Source of the DNA: Tubiluchus corallicola
Lineage: Eukaryota > Animalia > Priapulida
Assembly: GCA_030141605.1 (NCBI GenBank)
Contig: JAQGDQ010001352.1
Coordinates: forward strand, 1-45,101
DNA: 45,101 nt
Direction: 5' to 3'
Of this stretch, positions 1 to 14,129 are shown piece by piece (position 1 is the first letter of the stretch; the number at the start of each line of letters is the position of its first letter). Under the pieces are notes generated by a model. The model was given only the letters and a program-made list of their open reading frames with translations. It had not been told where the DNA came from and made no database searches. The translations under genes were made by a program, and so were the position numbers.

Positions 1-439
1 ACCTTATAGATTTTCTGCAATTATCCGTTACTCTCCGTACATTGTCCTACCAATTTTTCTTATGAGAGCGTTAATCTCCTGCCCAAATGTACGTTCAATA
101 GGTTCAAGCTGCGAGAAATAGCTAACTATATCGTGAAAACAATCTTAGCACAGCGTCCCATGCCAGGGGTTGAAATAACTCAGTGACGCCATCTGTCGCC
201 GGGTGAGTAAGTTAGTTCATGCCCTAACTCACTGACTCTGCTTGAACTCTGTTCTTGCTTTTACTTTTACGCTGCAACTTGGGAACTGGGCGCTAGATGT
301 CACTAGTGCCTACCTCTTGCTATTTAAGATTTAATATTATCCGGCTGGCTACTTCACTATGCATTTTCATTATATTTCGAATCAAGCTTCTAAATTAAAT
401 TTCCCAATTAATATTCTAGGTCTGTCTAATATTTTTACA

Positions 440-2420
440 GTGCAGACACTCGTTGCCCATCATGCTAAACACTTTCTTAATAGTGCAACCAGCGCCACAC
501 AGCGCAGGGCCTAGATACAAGGAGAACCCTTTCCAGAGAAGGTGGTCCTTCATCTTCATATTCTGTTTCTATCGAGCTACCTGTCTGAGAGGTTTCGCTA
601 TGGGTCATACCACTTCCGGTTCGTCTCGATTTCGCACTAACCTCAGAGAATTCGCTACCACTATCGCTCCTTGTCCGCTTGGTAGTGCCAGAGTGCGCTT
701 CTTCCGGCAATAGCAGGGGTGGTGGCGAACTACTAGAGATCTCTGAAGTATCTTCTTCCGGTTCACCAGGGCGAGGTGTCTCTTCTTCTTCAGACAGCTC
801 TTCGCCAAGGTCGTCTCCTAACCTAACTTCCGGAATTTCCTCTCCGTTCTCTCTATCTGCTTCTAAGAACGGGGCGTCAAAGGGGTCCCATGCCAAATTC
901 TCGGCATTATCTACAGCCTTCTTGCTATCTTCCTTCCCTTGACTTAACGTTGCTCCCTGCAACGAGGTTCCTACAGGGGCTGACTCTTCCTGGCCCCTCC
1001 TATTAACAATATCTCCCTCCTGGGAGATTTCGGGTTCAGAAACGCGGGCAGCTCTACGCAGAGGTCTGCCTGCTCTATTTTTTTCCCGAGCTCCTGGTTT
1101 AGTTGACCAGGCAGCCGTGGGAGGCACTAATCGCAAATGCATCACATGGCACGTCTATACTCGGCCCGTGTCCATGTTCTTTATCTTGTACCTATGTTTA
1201 CCTAATCTTGTCAACACAACATAGTTACTTTCCCAATACTGATGCAGTTTTCTTGAAGCTTTTGGCTTCATAGCTTGGTTATAATAGAAGACAATATCGC
1301 CAGCCCTAAAATGACGAGTCTGGGCCTTACGGTCATACGGGATCTGTCTGTCCCAATCTTGGGGATTCTTGTCCGTTAGCTGCCGTAACAAACTCATTAA
1401 CGTCGCATGTTGATGCTCTTGAATCGCATTTCCGGGGGGGGGGGGGGGTTATAGGGAGTTATGGTAATGTGGCGTATCCCATAATGTTTGGTCAGTCTCT
1501 TGGTCATATCATTGACATATGTCCTGTCATTATCCATTAATAATTTGATGGAGGCCCCATATCTACAAATAATCTCATTCACAAAAGCTTCAGTTACCGT
1601 TTCAGCCTTTTTATCAGGTATACCCACGGCATCAACCCATTTGGTGGCCAGGTCTGTGAACGAAATTATATATTTGTTGCCGCTCTGTGAACCACCAAAA
1701 TCCAATTAAAATTTTATTCACCGTTTTTGCCAATGCAAAATGTCCACCAGTGAATGAACTGTGTACCTCCCTAATTACTTCATCTATTAAAACCGTCGGA
1801 ACTACAATTAAGTAATAATTTCCCTCATTCGTCCCATATTTCTTATTTATTCGGCATAGTAGACCATCGTCATTTATCGCATAATCTTCTAATAACCTAT
1901 ACGCCTCCTGTGACTGCTTAGGACTCGTAATTACATGTATCAAATAAGAAAGCGCCGCGTCTTGACTCTGCAACAAAGCAAACCTTTTCTTATCGATCAA
2001 TGCCTCCTTTAGTTTACTATCCGTTGTCAGCTCCGTGACCTCTGACCTGGTCACTTCCGGGTTTGCCTCATTGCCATTTTCGGAATTCTCATTAATTCTA
2101 TTTCTTTTCAGCTATGCCTCCAAGCGCAATTGAACCTTTTTCTTAGGGAATAAAATCTCTGAGGAATTGGCAGACTGAACCCGATCATCATCATTACACT
2201 CTAATAAAATAGATCTACCCTCAGCCGTATGGCTACCAGCAGCGCCCCCGGAACGCGCTGAGCTCTGAAATTCATTATGCTCTGAAGGTAGGCTATTTTC
2301 CTCTATAGCGGCTAATTGGTATTTAATATCTCCTTTCTCTAGGCGGCTCAATTTCTCGTCTAATTCTTTCTTACTGAATGGTTTTCTTTCTGTCGCTTGC
2401 ATCTTACTCATAGGCAAGCG
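440..2420 (-). mobile_element. Degraded Ty3/Gypsy LTR retrotransposon fragment (RNaseH-integrase linker, integrase, acidic C-terminal tail)
   Basis: Minus-strand ORF pieces: 1632-2054 (EVHSSFTGGHFALAKT, integrase Zn-binding start), 1397-1705 (GNKYIISFTDLATKW...EIICRYGA...ITPYNP, rve core), 1155-1397 (FRAGDIV...KLHQYW...YKIK, post-integrase), 477-1145 acidic tail. Broken by frameshifts. Confidence 0.85.
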
Positions 2421-2442
2421 ACTATAGTGGTCGGCGTGGTTC

Positions 2443-3555
2443 TTGTTGCCTGGGCAATACTCAATCTTCGCATTTTGTTTTCAATACACTGGACTAGATT
2501 ATATGGGACCAGTGATCACAAAAGAATTTTATGGCGGCAGTTCTAAGCCACTTCATGAAAAAGCTTGGATTTGTTTGTTCACCTGCCTTACAACCAGAGC
2601 AGTACATCTAGAATTAGTAAATAATCTAACAGCTGAACATTTTCTTATGTGTTTGCGCCGTTTTTTTGGCAAACATGGATGGCGGTTACATACATTTTTG
2701 AAAATACAGTTCTAGATTTTTCAGCTTGCAAGGGTGTAGAGTGGAAATTCATTACACAGTTATCACCATGGACTGGCGGATTTTTCGAACGGTTAGTTGC
2801 TTTGGTAAAGCGTTCTTTGAGAAAGGTAATCGGTAATCATCCTCTTTCACATGTACATCTCAATACTTTGCTTATTGAAACGGAAAATGTTATCAATAAT
2901 AGGCCTCTTACTTATATTGATGCTGACATAAATTCTACTCATGCTCTAACTCCTTCAGATTTTCTTAATCAGCAGATCTTGCACACTATGCCTGAGATGC
3001 ACTACAGTGATCCATACTTTACAGTTTGTAAAGAAACCCCAGCACAGAAGTTACTTACCTTATGGAAGAAAGGTCAAAGGATCCTTAGCAATTTCTGGCG
3101 AATCTGGAAAGATGAGTATCTTCTCAGTCTTAGAGAACAGCATCGCAAATATATTTCTCAACCTAAGGTAACCGTTCCGTTTACTCCTTGTAGTACTGGT
3201 AGAAGATCAAAACCTTCCACGAGGACAGTGGCGCCTTGGCAAAGTTCTTAAATTGAAGCCTAGTGCAGATGGCTTAATTCGTAATGTTGAAATTCTTGTT
3301 AATGGTTCCACTTTGAACAGAAATATTAAATGTCTGTACCCCCTTGAATGTCATTTTCATAACTCATCTCATACGACTTTGACAGACGTTTCGACTGAAC
3401 ACGTGTCTTGTCTTAACAAGAATGATGATGCTGCTTCCATTTCAGATGCGGATTCTTCACCTCTACCTGTCAGCGAACGTCCAAAGAGAGAAGCTGCCAA
3501 AAAGGCAAGAAAATGGCTAACAGATGTCAGCACCGACTTATTATCTAGTGATTAG
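2443..3555 (+). mobile_element. BEL/Pao retrotransposon integrase 3' fragment (pseudogenised; different family from the 18.8-26.5 kb element)
   Basis: FQYTGLDYMGP, CLFTCLTTRAVHLELV, WKFITQLSPWTGGFFERLV, INNRPLTY, LTPSDFL, FWRIWKDEYL, LYPLE and RPKREAAKKA motifs spread over three frames. Confidence 0.9.
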
Positions 3556-5202
3556 TGAACAGTAGTAGTGACAGACTTTGAACTCTCGTTTGTTGATTCA
3601 GTACGTCATGGTTATGCTGATGCAGTTGGTTTCCTGATTGGTTCAGGGCCCGTTCCAATTATGGTTACTAGTTTCGGTTATGATGGTTATGGTTATGTCA
3701 GTCACAGGTTATGGATATGGCAATGGTTACACTGCTATGCAGCTGATGGATGGAGTTCATGCCACGCTACGTTTGCTATATGGAGTCTAAGACAATATTA
3801 GCTATTATAAATTGTCCTGTCTTCATTTGTAAATATTGTAAAATACTTACATTGCATAAAAAATCACCCCCCAAAACAATATAAAACACAAAACTAAATA
3901 GATAGTGTTCTTGCATTGTAACCATGTATAATCACAGATAGTTTGTGCTAGTTTATATAATTTTTGATATTTATTTGGATGTGCCTTTAAGGTACTTATT
4001 TTGATTTTTCTCACCCATATATTTTGACACATAACTTACGCATGAACCTGATTTTCTAGATTGTGGCCTCTGTTATATACAGTATTCTAGATTGTGGCCT
4101 CTGCTATATACAGTATTTTAGATAGATAGTAGGTTTTGCAGGTTTCTTTGTGCTAGTTATTTAGTTGTCTAGCATTTTACTACCTGATAGGATTGAGCAA
4201 GTTGTTTATTACTTGAACTTTGAACTTAAAATTTTTTTTTGTAAAATTTTTTTTGTTTTCGTTTCCAGAGTGTCACGAATTCCCGTGATTGAATTCTACT
4301 CTACAGCATTGCAAACTAGTTTATTCCGGTTCTATAACCTTTGCAAATTTATCTAGAGGCATTCAATTAGGTTAACCTTGAATTATTCATACGGGCTTCA
4401 TTCCGAAGCTATAAATTCCTTCGTCACCATTGTACAGGTGAGCATTTGACGGTTGCTTTTACTACAAGCAGACGTCAAATGGTCCGCCTAATTCGTTAGG
4501 TGATTTTTTTTCCTTTCTTTAATAGTTTTTATGGTTATGTGCTGATATGTATCTATAAATAGGTTTACTGCTGTTATAAGAAGTAACTATGTAATTGCGA
4601 CAAATCTTGTGAATTGAATAAACTTTATTTGAGTGGCCACTCCTTTTAAACCAATGGTTATGCGGTTTTTGTTAAGAGTCAAAATTTAGTCTAAATTATA
4701 TGTTTCAGTAACAGCAAACCATTCTAATTATCAACTCGTAGACTTAAGCATTATGCACCTTTCTCTATAAAAAATATACTAGACTATATACTAGACTATA
4801 AGCACCATGCCACCCATACCACACCACATAGCTCATAACGCACTCACCACTCTGTGTAGCATCGTACTTTTGTGAATAAATTTATAAATCGGTATTTTGG
4901 TAGTAAATTAATGGAGTTATTAGCTGAAAAATGATAGAAAGTCAGATGACTATTTTATATATTTTATGCATTTTCACAATGACAATCAGCATTTATATAT
5001 TCAATAGTGAAATAGAAAGTCACATCAGTGTTTTTTGACAATCAGTATATATATAGTATTTTATGACAATCAGTATTTATATATTCAATCACTATTATAT
5101 GTATTTTGTATATATAAATAATGCATTTTCACATTGTCAAACCAGAAAAAAAATTTAGACGATGTAATACACGGAAACAAAATGCTAGAGTAGGCACTGC
5201 GA

Positions 5203-5400
5203 AATTTACATCCTGGAGTTAGGACAAATTTATATTTTCATTTGTGAGAAATTGCATCCTGAAGACAAGACAAATTTATATTTTCATTTGCAAGAAATTG
5301 CATCCTGAAGATAGGACAAATTTATATTTTCAGTTGCAAGAAATTGCATCCTGGAGATAGGACAAATTTATATTTTCATTTGCAAGAAATTGCATCCTGG
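5203..5400. repeat. 46-bp minisatellite, ~4.3 copies
   Basis: TTGCATCCT recurs at 5252, 5298, 5344 and 5390 within the unit GAAATTGCATCCTGAAGATAGGACAAATTTATATTTTCATTTGCAA. Confidence 0.9.
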
Positions 5401-7254
5401 GCAGACAGATCTGTAAGATAATTTGAATATGATTCGAACAATGATATGCTATTTTGTATTAATAGCGGAATGAGAAAAAAAGGAAATGTGAAATGTATAT
5501 TATGTATTATTTGTGAGAAATTGCATCCCTGGAGAGGAGTAGAATATGATTCGAACGTTGACATGCTGTTTTGCCTTAACAGCGAAAAGAATGGAACTCA
5601 GTTTTCCTCAAGCAGGTGAAAATGAAAAAAAAGCTGGCCCATTCTATTAAAATGTTTTGTTTTTCTTTTAAACAACACAGAAGGAAATGTATATTATGTA
5701 TATTTGTGAGAAATTGCATACCTTTGGCAATATTTGCGAAAAAAGTCCATCCCTTTTAACGGAGAATGTCTTAACATTGGAAAGATGTTGATATAATCAA
5801 CAATGGAAAGTTGATGAATAGAACGGAACGGAACTGTGATGGTTCCCCATCCAGCCGATTACTGCTACTAATTATTTTTCACTTTAGGTATTACCCTAAA
5901 TCACGAATTATTTACCTAACGATTGATAATATTGATGTATTGATTTTAATGTGCCAATCTTGTGCTGCCATATTTATTCAAGAGTAGCATTATTTTTTTA
6001 TAAAGTTATCCATTAATTGAAGCCATCTTCTGTTAAGCTGCCTAAAATACGTAATTAGGCAGAAGAAGATGAAATTCGTTTCGTTTCAACATCACTTTTA
6101 TTTTTCAAAAAAAATATGTTTAGCAACAATTTTTTCAATGATATATTATGCCCGTGTTTGAACAAATGTGAAAGCTTCGTCACTGTACTACTGAGGTCAC
6201 TTCACCCAGAACTCGTTTCTGATTGGTCGGCTAGCTTTCGAGGCCTGGATATTAGAGGTATTGGCCTACGTGGCAGAGTGTTGAAAAATGGCCAGATATA
6301 TCTAATTCATGGTTTCTTTCATACAATGATTGAACGAGAATGGATGGTTTGTTCATTATTATGTTCTTCTTATTCGTTGGTGGACGAGGTCCCTTCTTTT
6401 GCTGGTGAAACTTCATCAGTTACACAATTACTGAGAGACATTTGTTAAATTATGCATTCATTACATAGCCTAATTACCTTTACGTTGGATGAAGATACTG
6501 TCACCTTTGACATAAATGGCTTGATGGTCTAAATCGCTCCCGTTCTGTGTGGGAACTCGGAGGAGATGATCTTGTTATTATCCGATCTCCAGAGACTCTA
6601 TTCTGTGTCCTGCCAGGACATGATGGAAAGCTGTGGAGACTTCCTGGAAAAGACTACCTGCTGCTCACCAAAATAGACTGAGAGAAACGCTAACATAGCC
6701 AACTTCCACTGGAGACCGAATTCTGCTGCATTACTACAACGTGTGTGAGGAAGGACCGGGCTACCCAAGTACTGGAAAAGACCTCGCCTTGGTAAACTAC
6801 TATTTTGTTAATGTTGTTTGTTTAATGTTTTTTAATGTCCTGTACAATGTTCGCTCTGTAAATTGAAATAATAATCCTGACACTTATCTATAAAAGCAAA
6901 AATAATTTGCAAACGTGTTTTATTGTCACAGGATGTTACAGGAACATACGTCAATACGTAAGAGTAGACAAAGTTTATTTATTTCATCAATAGACAGGAA
7001 GTGATTTGAGAGAGTTTTGCGAGAAAATACATCCTATATAACCTGGGTTTCACAGAATTGTGATAAATTATTTTAGAGGGACTTTACCACAAAATACGTC
7101 CTATATATTGTGATTCCACCTACCGAAATATAAAGAGTGGAATAAGGGATTCACACAATGTGAAATACATTATTTACATATTTACAAACACCAAATTTGA
7201 CTGATTGTAAAAAGAACATAATATTTAGTCAGGTTGGACCTATCATATTTGATG

Positions 7255-7378
7255 CCAATATCAATGATGATTTCACCACTCATCATCAGAGATGATTTCG
7301 CTGTAACCATCAACGTCATCATCACCATCATCATTATCATTATCATCAACAACATCGTCGTTGTCATCATCACCGATA
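7255..7378. repeat. Degenerate (ATC)n microsatellite
   Basis: CATCATCATCACCATCATCATTATCATTATCATC run. Confidence 0.8.
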
Positions 7379-8456
7379 TTGGCAACAAATATGTGTCTCT
7401 CTATAGCATTAGCAGGTCCACAGAAAGGTTGATTTTCGATAGGCAGAGTGTTAGTAGAAATATTAAGTTTTCTTTGATCTAGGAGATAATGACCGTACGA
7501 TAGGCTGAAATTTTTTTATAGCCAGCTTCTTTTATCAACAAAAAAAGATAGTGATCTTGTGAGAGCGCGCCTAGTGTAGGTGCGGTGACACATGGAGTTG
7601 AAAACGTTCGTGCGTCATTTCCGCCTATTATATAAATGCTCGCAAACAATCTTCTGGAGTTATTTCGTTGGTAATTGCCCATCTATCAACACCTTTTTTC
7701 ACGCTTTTTGTTTTGACGAAAATTGTCGCTTATCATACTGTGCAATTTGGGTTTAAGTAAAACCCCCTGATGGTGTAGACAGCCCTGAGATTCGTCTTTA
7801 AAACAACCTAAGCTGCACTCAACTAATGTTGCTTTTAGTTCCTTTGCACTAAACAGTCCTGTACGATACATTTTTTTCTTAATGGAATACCGACCGGACA
7901 CAGTAATCCGGAAGATTAAGTCACATTTATTCTTGGTAACAAATCTTTATCTCCTTAATTCCATTATTGTTTGCTCATTGTATGAAGAACTTGATACATC
8001 AATGAATGTGGCTGTTTTTCAGTTGACAACTTTTTGACCAATTTCGGGCATTTAATTTTTAAACATGCAAAACTTTTACAGCATTCACTAAAATTATCAA
8101 CTTGTAACTTCCACACCCGAAACTTAATGTATTGTAACATCATGCTGTGAAATTTCACAAACTTCTGAAAAAAGAGCATTTTTCACAGTGCATTAAAATT
8201 GCAAATTTCCTGTAAGTCTATTTATTACATGTGCATGCTAGTATGCTGGGATAAAATACCGTTTCTATGTTCGTACTGTACGGTAAAAATTTTTACTTTT
8301 CTTGGCTTCTTCGAAACACCAGAATCTCATTACAGCTTTTACTCATCAAGTTTTTTTGCATTTTTTGTCATTTTTTCTAAGTTCATTTTGTCTTGTTATG
8401 TTGCCTTAAACAAGACTGGCTGATACAACGGTTTTCTTGTTTCATGATCTTTATCT

Positions 8457-9230
8457 TCTCCTATATTAATATTCTTGGTATATATATAAATATAAGATTC
8501 GAGGCTACAGCTTCGACGAGGGCACCATTTCCGGCGATCTGTATATCAAACGAAAGGCCTCGATCTAGTGTCGTGCCATTGATGGTTTATTTTTCGAATG
8601 GGGCCCACCGGGAGGAACGGGGAGCAAAAAACCTCCAAAAATGGCCATTTTTCGGCCGTTTTTTGCTAAAGTTATACGGCTGAGATGTAGAGAACAGGAA
8701 CGGGCCCAGGGTGGTGCTGGGTATGGATAGATAGCCCTTTCAGCGATGGGTGTCATAGGCCTATTTAGAATTCGCGAGAGGGCCACGGCGTCCCGTAACG
8801 GGCGTTTTTCCGGACCCAACTCGCGATTTTTTCGAAATTTTGACCAAACAGCATGCGGGAAAAACGTTCTAGCGGCACTGGTGGGAATCTCGGAAGGAGA
8901 TATACGGTTCATCAGAAAGAGGAAGAACGGGGCTACACGACGATGTGGGCTATATGTTAGGATAGGTCCACCGAGAGGAGTATCAACGAGTTAATTAAGA
9001 GTTCTATTTTCGGCAATTTTCGCTTAGAAAACTGCTGACGCAAAGGCATTGTTGTGACGTCATCCATTGTACTCTACTCTGCTTATAACTTTAATTCAGC
9101 AAAAAGCTGCTACAAGCAGTAGGCAGGATGTTACGGGCTTTGTGTTATAAATGAGGACTAGGTAGAATGTTCGCGTATTCTTGATTACACGTGTATTTAT
9201 ACGCAAAATCTTTTGCGGGGCCTTTGCTAG
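8457..9230 (+). mobile_element. Non-autonomous Helitron, copy 1 (774 bp)
   Basis: Starts TCTCCTATATTAAT; ends with hairpin CGCAAAA-TC-TTTTGCG, 9 nt, then CTAG. This is the canonical Helitron 5'-TC / 3'-hairpin-CTAG structure. Confidence 0.8.
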
Positions 9231-10044
9231 TCTCTTATATTAATATTCTTGGTATATTTATTTATTTATATATATATAAGATTCGAGGTTACAGCTCCGA
9301 CGAGGGCACCATTTGCGGCGATCTATATATCAAAAGAAATGTCTCGATCTAGTGTCGTGCCATTGATGGTTTATTTTTCGAATCGGGCCCACCGGGAGGA
9401 ACAGCGGACGAAAAACCTCAAAAAATGGCCATTTTTCGGCCGTTTTTTGCAAAAAATTGCAAAAAGTTATACGGCTGAGATGTAGAGAACGAGAATGGCC
9501 CGAGGGGGGTACTGGGTATGCATAAATAGTCCGCTCAGCGGTGGGTGTAGTAGGCATATTTAGAATTCCCGAAAGGGCCACGGCGCCCCGCAACGGGCGT
9601 TTTCCCGGACCCAACTCGCGATTTTTTCGAAATTTTGACCAAACAGCCTGCGGGAAAGACGTCCTAGCGGCGCCCGGTGGGACTTTCGGTAGGAGATATA
9701 TAGCTCTTTGCAAAGAGGAAGGACAGGGCTGCACGATGATGTGGGCTATATGTTAGGGCAGGTCCACCGAGAGGAGTATTAACGAGTTAATTAGATGTTC
9801 TATTTTCGACAATTTTCGCCTTAGAAAACTGCTGACGCAAAGGCATTGTGCTGACGTCATCCATTGTACTCTGTCTATAATCTTATAGCTTTAATTCAGT
9901 AAAAGCTGCTGCTTTGCGTTAGTTAAACAAACAGTAGGCATGATGTTACGAGCTTTGCGTTATACATGAGGACTTGGTAGGACGTTCGCGTATTATTGAT
10001 TACACGTGTATTTATACGCAAATCTTTCGCGGGGCCTTTGCTAG
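9231..10044 (+). mobile_element. Non-autonomous Helitron, copy 2 (814 bp)
   Basis: Begins TCTCTTATATTAAT immediately after the CTAG of copy 1; colinear with copy 1; ends GCGGGGCCTTTGCTAG. Confidence 0.8.
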
Positions 10045-10045
10045 T

Positions 10046-10663
10046 TCTCTTATATTAATATTCTTGGTATATATATATATATATATATATAAATATAAGA
10101 TTCGAGGCTACAGCTTCGACGACGGCACCATTTGCGGCGATCTATACATCAAACGAAAGGTCTCGATCTAGTGTCGTGCCATTGATGGTTTATTTTTCGA
10201 ATTGGGCCCACCAGGAGGAACGGGGGGCGAAAAACCTCCAAAAATTGCCCTTTTTCCGCCGTTTTTTGCAAAAATTATACCTGCTATTTCTGAAGAACGG
10301 GAACGGGCCGAGGGTGGTACTGGGTATGGATAGATGGCCCGTTCAGCGGTGGGTGTAGTAGGCATATTTAGAATTCTCGAGAAGGCCAGGGCGCCCCGCA
10401 ACGGGCGTTTTCCTGGACCCAACTCGCGATTTTTTCGAAATTTCGGCCAAACAGATTGCGGAAAAAACGTTCTAGCGCTTAGAAAACTGCTGACGCAAAG
10501 CCATTGTTGTGACGTCATCCGTTATTGCTTATAACTTTAATTCAGTAAAAGCTGCAGCTGCTGGCTTTGCATTAGATAAACAAACAAATACTAGGTAGTC
10601 ATGTTCGCGCATTATTGATTATTAGTCTATTTATACGCAATTTTTTTGTGGGGCCTTTGCTAG
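10046..10663 (+). mobile_element. Non-autonomous Helitron, copy 3 (internally deleted, 618 bp)
   Basis: Same termini; lacks the segment between AACGTTCTAGCG and CTTAGAAAACTGC that is present in copies 1 and 2. Confidence 0.8.
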
Positions 10664-10710
10664 TGGTATATATTAATTCTACTGGTATGGGCTTAATATA
10701 TTTATATATA

Positions 10711-10752
10711 CTAGCAAAGGCCCTGCAAAAAAATTTGCGTATAAACACACAA
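10711..10752 (-). mobile_element. Inverted 3' terminus of the same Helitron family
   Basis: CTAGCAAAGGCCCTGCAAAAAAATTTGCGTATAAACAC closely matches the reverse complement of the 3' end of copies 1-3. Confidence 0.7.
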
Positions 10753-10759
10753 GCCTCTG

Positions 10760-13050
10760 ACAACATACACTATTTCCCTAAGGAGACTTCCAGAGGTGCT
10801 GAACAATGCCATTTTCCCCATGCAAGACTCCCCATTTTTGCCCAAGTGCTTTGGTGTCTGGACTTAAGGCAGAGTTTTGTTCACAAGGTGGCTGTTGCGC
10901 AGCAGTTTGCAAAAGCTGTGAGTATATAGGGCTATTCCCTATCTTCTGTTTGTCCTTGAGCAAAATCTAAGTTTATATCGTGAAGCGTGGTACCTGCTCT
11001 CGCTGTTTTCGCATGCTGGAAGCCACGAAGGTTTCCGCACTTGCTAAAAATGCTCATAAAGTGCTCATAAACGAAAGTGGTGCTTACAAGCCACTGGCGT
11101 AGCAGTGTCTGTTTTTTTGCTGGATTACTGCTGCGTTTACCTGTCTGAAGGCAGATTTCTTTTATTTTAGAATTCGGCCTGCCCAATGTCTACAATAGAC
11201 GTGACGGGCGTATGATGATTTTGGATTTAGTAAGAATTCATTTTCCAATTCGCTGAATGCTGAATATTTTCTTGAACAAAATTTACACTTAGACTCACAA
11301 GACCTGCTGTGAGAGCATCTGCATTGTATTCTGCATTTTTGCCAGACCTGTGCTCTATGGAATAATCATGCTGGTCAAGCTTTCTCAGCCAGCGGGCCAG
11401 CTGACCTTTGGCTTTTTCAAAGATCAAAGCCAATGCAAGGCATCATGATTTGTCCCTATTAAAAACTGGCACTTGAAAAGTAGTGATGAAATGTTTCACT
11501 GCCTTTATTACTTCTAATAGCTCGTGCCATTTAGCACAGTAATTTTGCTCTGCTGGCGAAGGAGCCTAGCAAGTGCCAACAAATTTTTTAGATGCTCAAA
11601 TAAACGCTGTTTGCTAGTTTGCCAAACAAAAGATGCATAAGTTGATAAAGAGGCCTAACAATAATGGCATAATTTTTAATAAAGCGTCATTAATGCGTAC
11701 AAACACCAAGAAAACTCCAAATCTCGCAAATGTCGATGGACACCACTTTGCAATAACTTCCATCTTAGCCAGATCGGTTTGAACCCCAGAACTGCTGGCT
11801 ATATGGTCTAAATACAGCACTACTTTTTGGACGAGTATGCACTTTTTCGTATTAAGTTTAAGACCAGCTCAGCGGAACTGCTCTAAAACTTCTTGAAGTC
11901 GTAATTAATTTTCATTAAACAATGACATCGTCTAGATAAATTAAAAGTACGCCCATGACGTCTTGCCAGGACTTGTTCCATTAAGCGTTCAAAGGTCGCC
12001 GGCGCGTTTGATAAGCCAAAAGGCATAGATTTAAATTGCAAAGGTCTTGGTGTGTAATAAATGCTGTTTTTTCTTTATCTTCTGGTGCCAATTCCACGTG
12101 GTGGTATGTGGGACATGCAAATGAAAATATGACGGATGGAGAGGACGAGTAATACTGTGATGCTGTTGGTCCGACTTATTCTGAGCCTTTGGATTCTGGT
12201 CAGATCTTTTTCTGTAGTTAGTTAATGTTGCAGGTTTTCTATCCGGCTGCCCAGAAGATGGGTATTGCTTTGCAAAATGGCCATGACCTCTACAATTACA
12301 GCTCACGAAATTGCCAGTTCTCGAAAAATTTGATCCTTAATCAAACACAGGTTTTTTCTACTCTTTTTTGAAAGCGGTATTACCAGTCTTTTTTATGACT
12401 TAGTAATTAATTGTTCAATTAATTCCCAAACTACTGGAGCTTTGGCTGGGTCGCAATAGCTATGACGAATACCAGAATAACCTCTGACCACGAAATACGC
12501 ATTGCGGATAAATCTGTATATCCCTAATTAACTTACTCAGCTTCAGTGTGAATATGGTCCTTATCAGGTTCGTGCAACAGTGTTTTTACAAGTTTGCAAA
12601 AATTTCCATAGATTTATTAATTACACAGGTTTGATGAACTAATCTAGTCTACGCTGGGCAAAAGAAATGATAGCTCCTACCTCTAAAGTTCCTGGCTGGG
12701 AGTCCACACTGTGTCACCTTCCAGACATCGACCAAAAAGCCCTGTTTTCTCGTCGTACCCCCCTTATGAAACCTCTATAATGAGCCCGATACGCGCTTTC
12801 CCTGTTTTGGCATCCAAATCTACGACATAAAGCGTTTGAAAGAACTGCATAGTCTGGCCGCTGCTCTGGTGGTAATGTTTCCAAAACACTAATTGCTTTG
12901 CCTTTTAATTTTAGTGCTAAATACAAACTGGTTTCCGTGAGGTGCGTGTTGCTAATTTTGATATTAAATAACTTGCTTGGCTGGCATTGCTGTATGTGTC
13001 CTTTCATTTCATCATCTCCTCACCCCTGTCACTTAAAATGGTTTGTACTT
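10760..13050 (-). mobile_element. Highly degraded Ty3/Gypsy element (gag, RT, RNaseH remnants)
   Basis: Gag-like LALKLKGKAISVL...DYAVLSNALCRRFG (12714-13007); decayed zinc knuckle CNCRGHGHFAK (~12280); [22 protein letters not shown] and YLDDV (~11920-12027); RNaseH end GQLARWL...YSIEHRSGK..NADAL (11227-11433). Many stops and deletions. Confidence 0.85.
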
Positions 13051-14129
13051 ACCTGTTGGACAATACCTGTTCTAGACAGTTGAGTTGATACTTTTCACTC
13101 GTACAGACGTTCATTGTTGGTCTGGCCAGTAGGCATGTTCCAGCATACCTGTAGTTAACGTATTTGTCTGGAAAGGCTGGTACACGATCTGTGATGTAAC
13201 TTCTTTATTATGGAGAGCTGAGCTAAGTTTAGTTTTGGCCAAAAGGTCAGTGTTCCTGTTGTATAGCCTGTCTTTCTCAGTCTCGTTGCTGTTACATGGT
13301 TTGAAGAGCTGGTCAAGCCACAGAAGTGTGATGTTATTCCATTCCAGTCAGCTGTTGGTACTCTTGTGTTGTAGACTACAAGAGGGTTGCTGGAAGATGT
13401 TGATTAGCTGTCGTCATCTGCATTATAGCTCATGGAGGATTGTCATGTTGCCGGCGTCAGCGTTGTCATTGTGGGAGGATCGTCAAGTTGTGCACAACAT
13501 CGTCATGAACATTCAGATAAGTTATGCGCATTCATTTTCCTATCCTCATTTTTCCTTGGGGGTTTTCACAGCAAGCCACTAATAGTAATTTTGAGCTCTT
13601 ACTGTTGACTTGTTGTTGCACTCTTCTTTTGTAATAATTATAGCTTTAAAATTTATGTTTCATCTTGTTTTGTTTTCAACTAAACAGCCTTAAAAACAGC
13701 AGACGAACCCGTGAAAATACATGTAGTATATATTCCTGATCACTATATAAAAATTAGAAATGCAATAGCCCTCAAAACGTTACAGTTTCTTTGTTTTTCC
13801 GTAAGTTTATCTGCTTAAGTAGTTCAAGCTATGGTCTGTAGCTCTCCCGGGTTATTGTTTCGCCATCGTAAGTGCTGGACAAAGTCACTTGCAGACAATA
13901 TTTCAATTATTCATGGTCGCAAAGACAAGAAAATACAAGTCCAAGAAGCCAAATGGAAAGAATTGCATCGTGTTCCATTATACGTACATGTCATCTAACT
14001 AACTTTCTCTTACTACAGCCTACTGCTACCAGGTTTCAGAAACAATGGTTTCGTGTGACGAAGAAAACCAGAATAAACCAAGTCAGGATGAATCAGCTCC
14101 TTTGCTTTTTACCTTTCCGATAATGATTC

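Noticed and set aside
6116-6790. Possible exons in a mildly GC-richer patch
   Set aside because: No consistent frame, splice phase or recognisable motif could be established.
8393-10534. Repeated short ORFs on both strands (e.g. RNGRFPGPNSRFFRNF)
   Set aside because: Frames and stops are not conserved between the Helitron copies; no recognisable domain.
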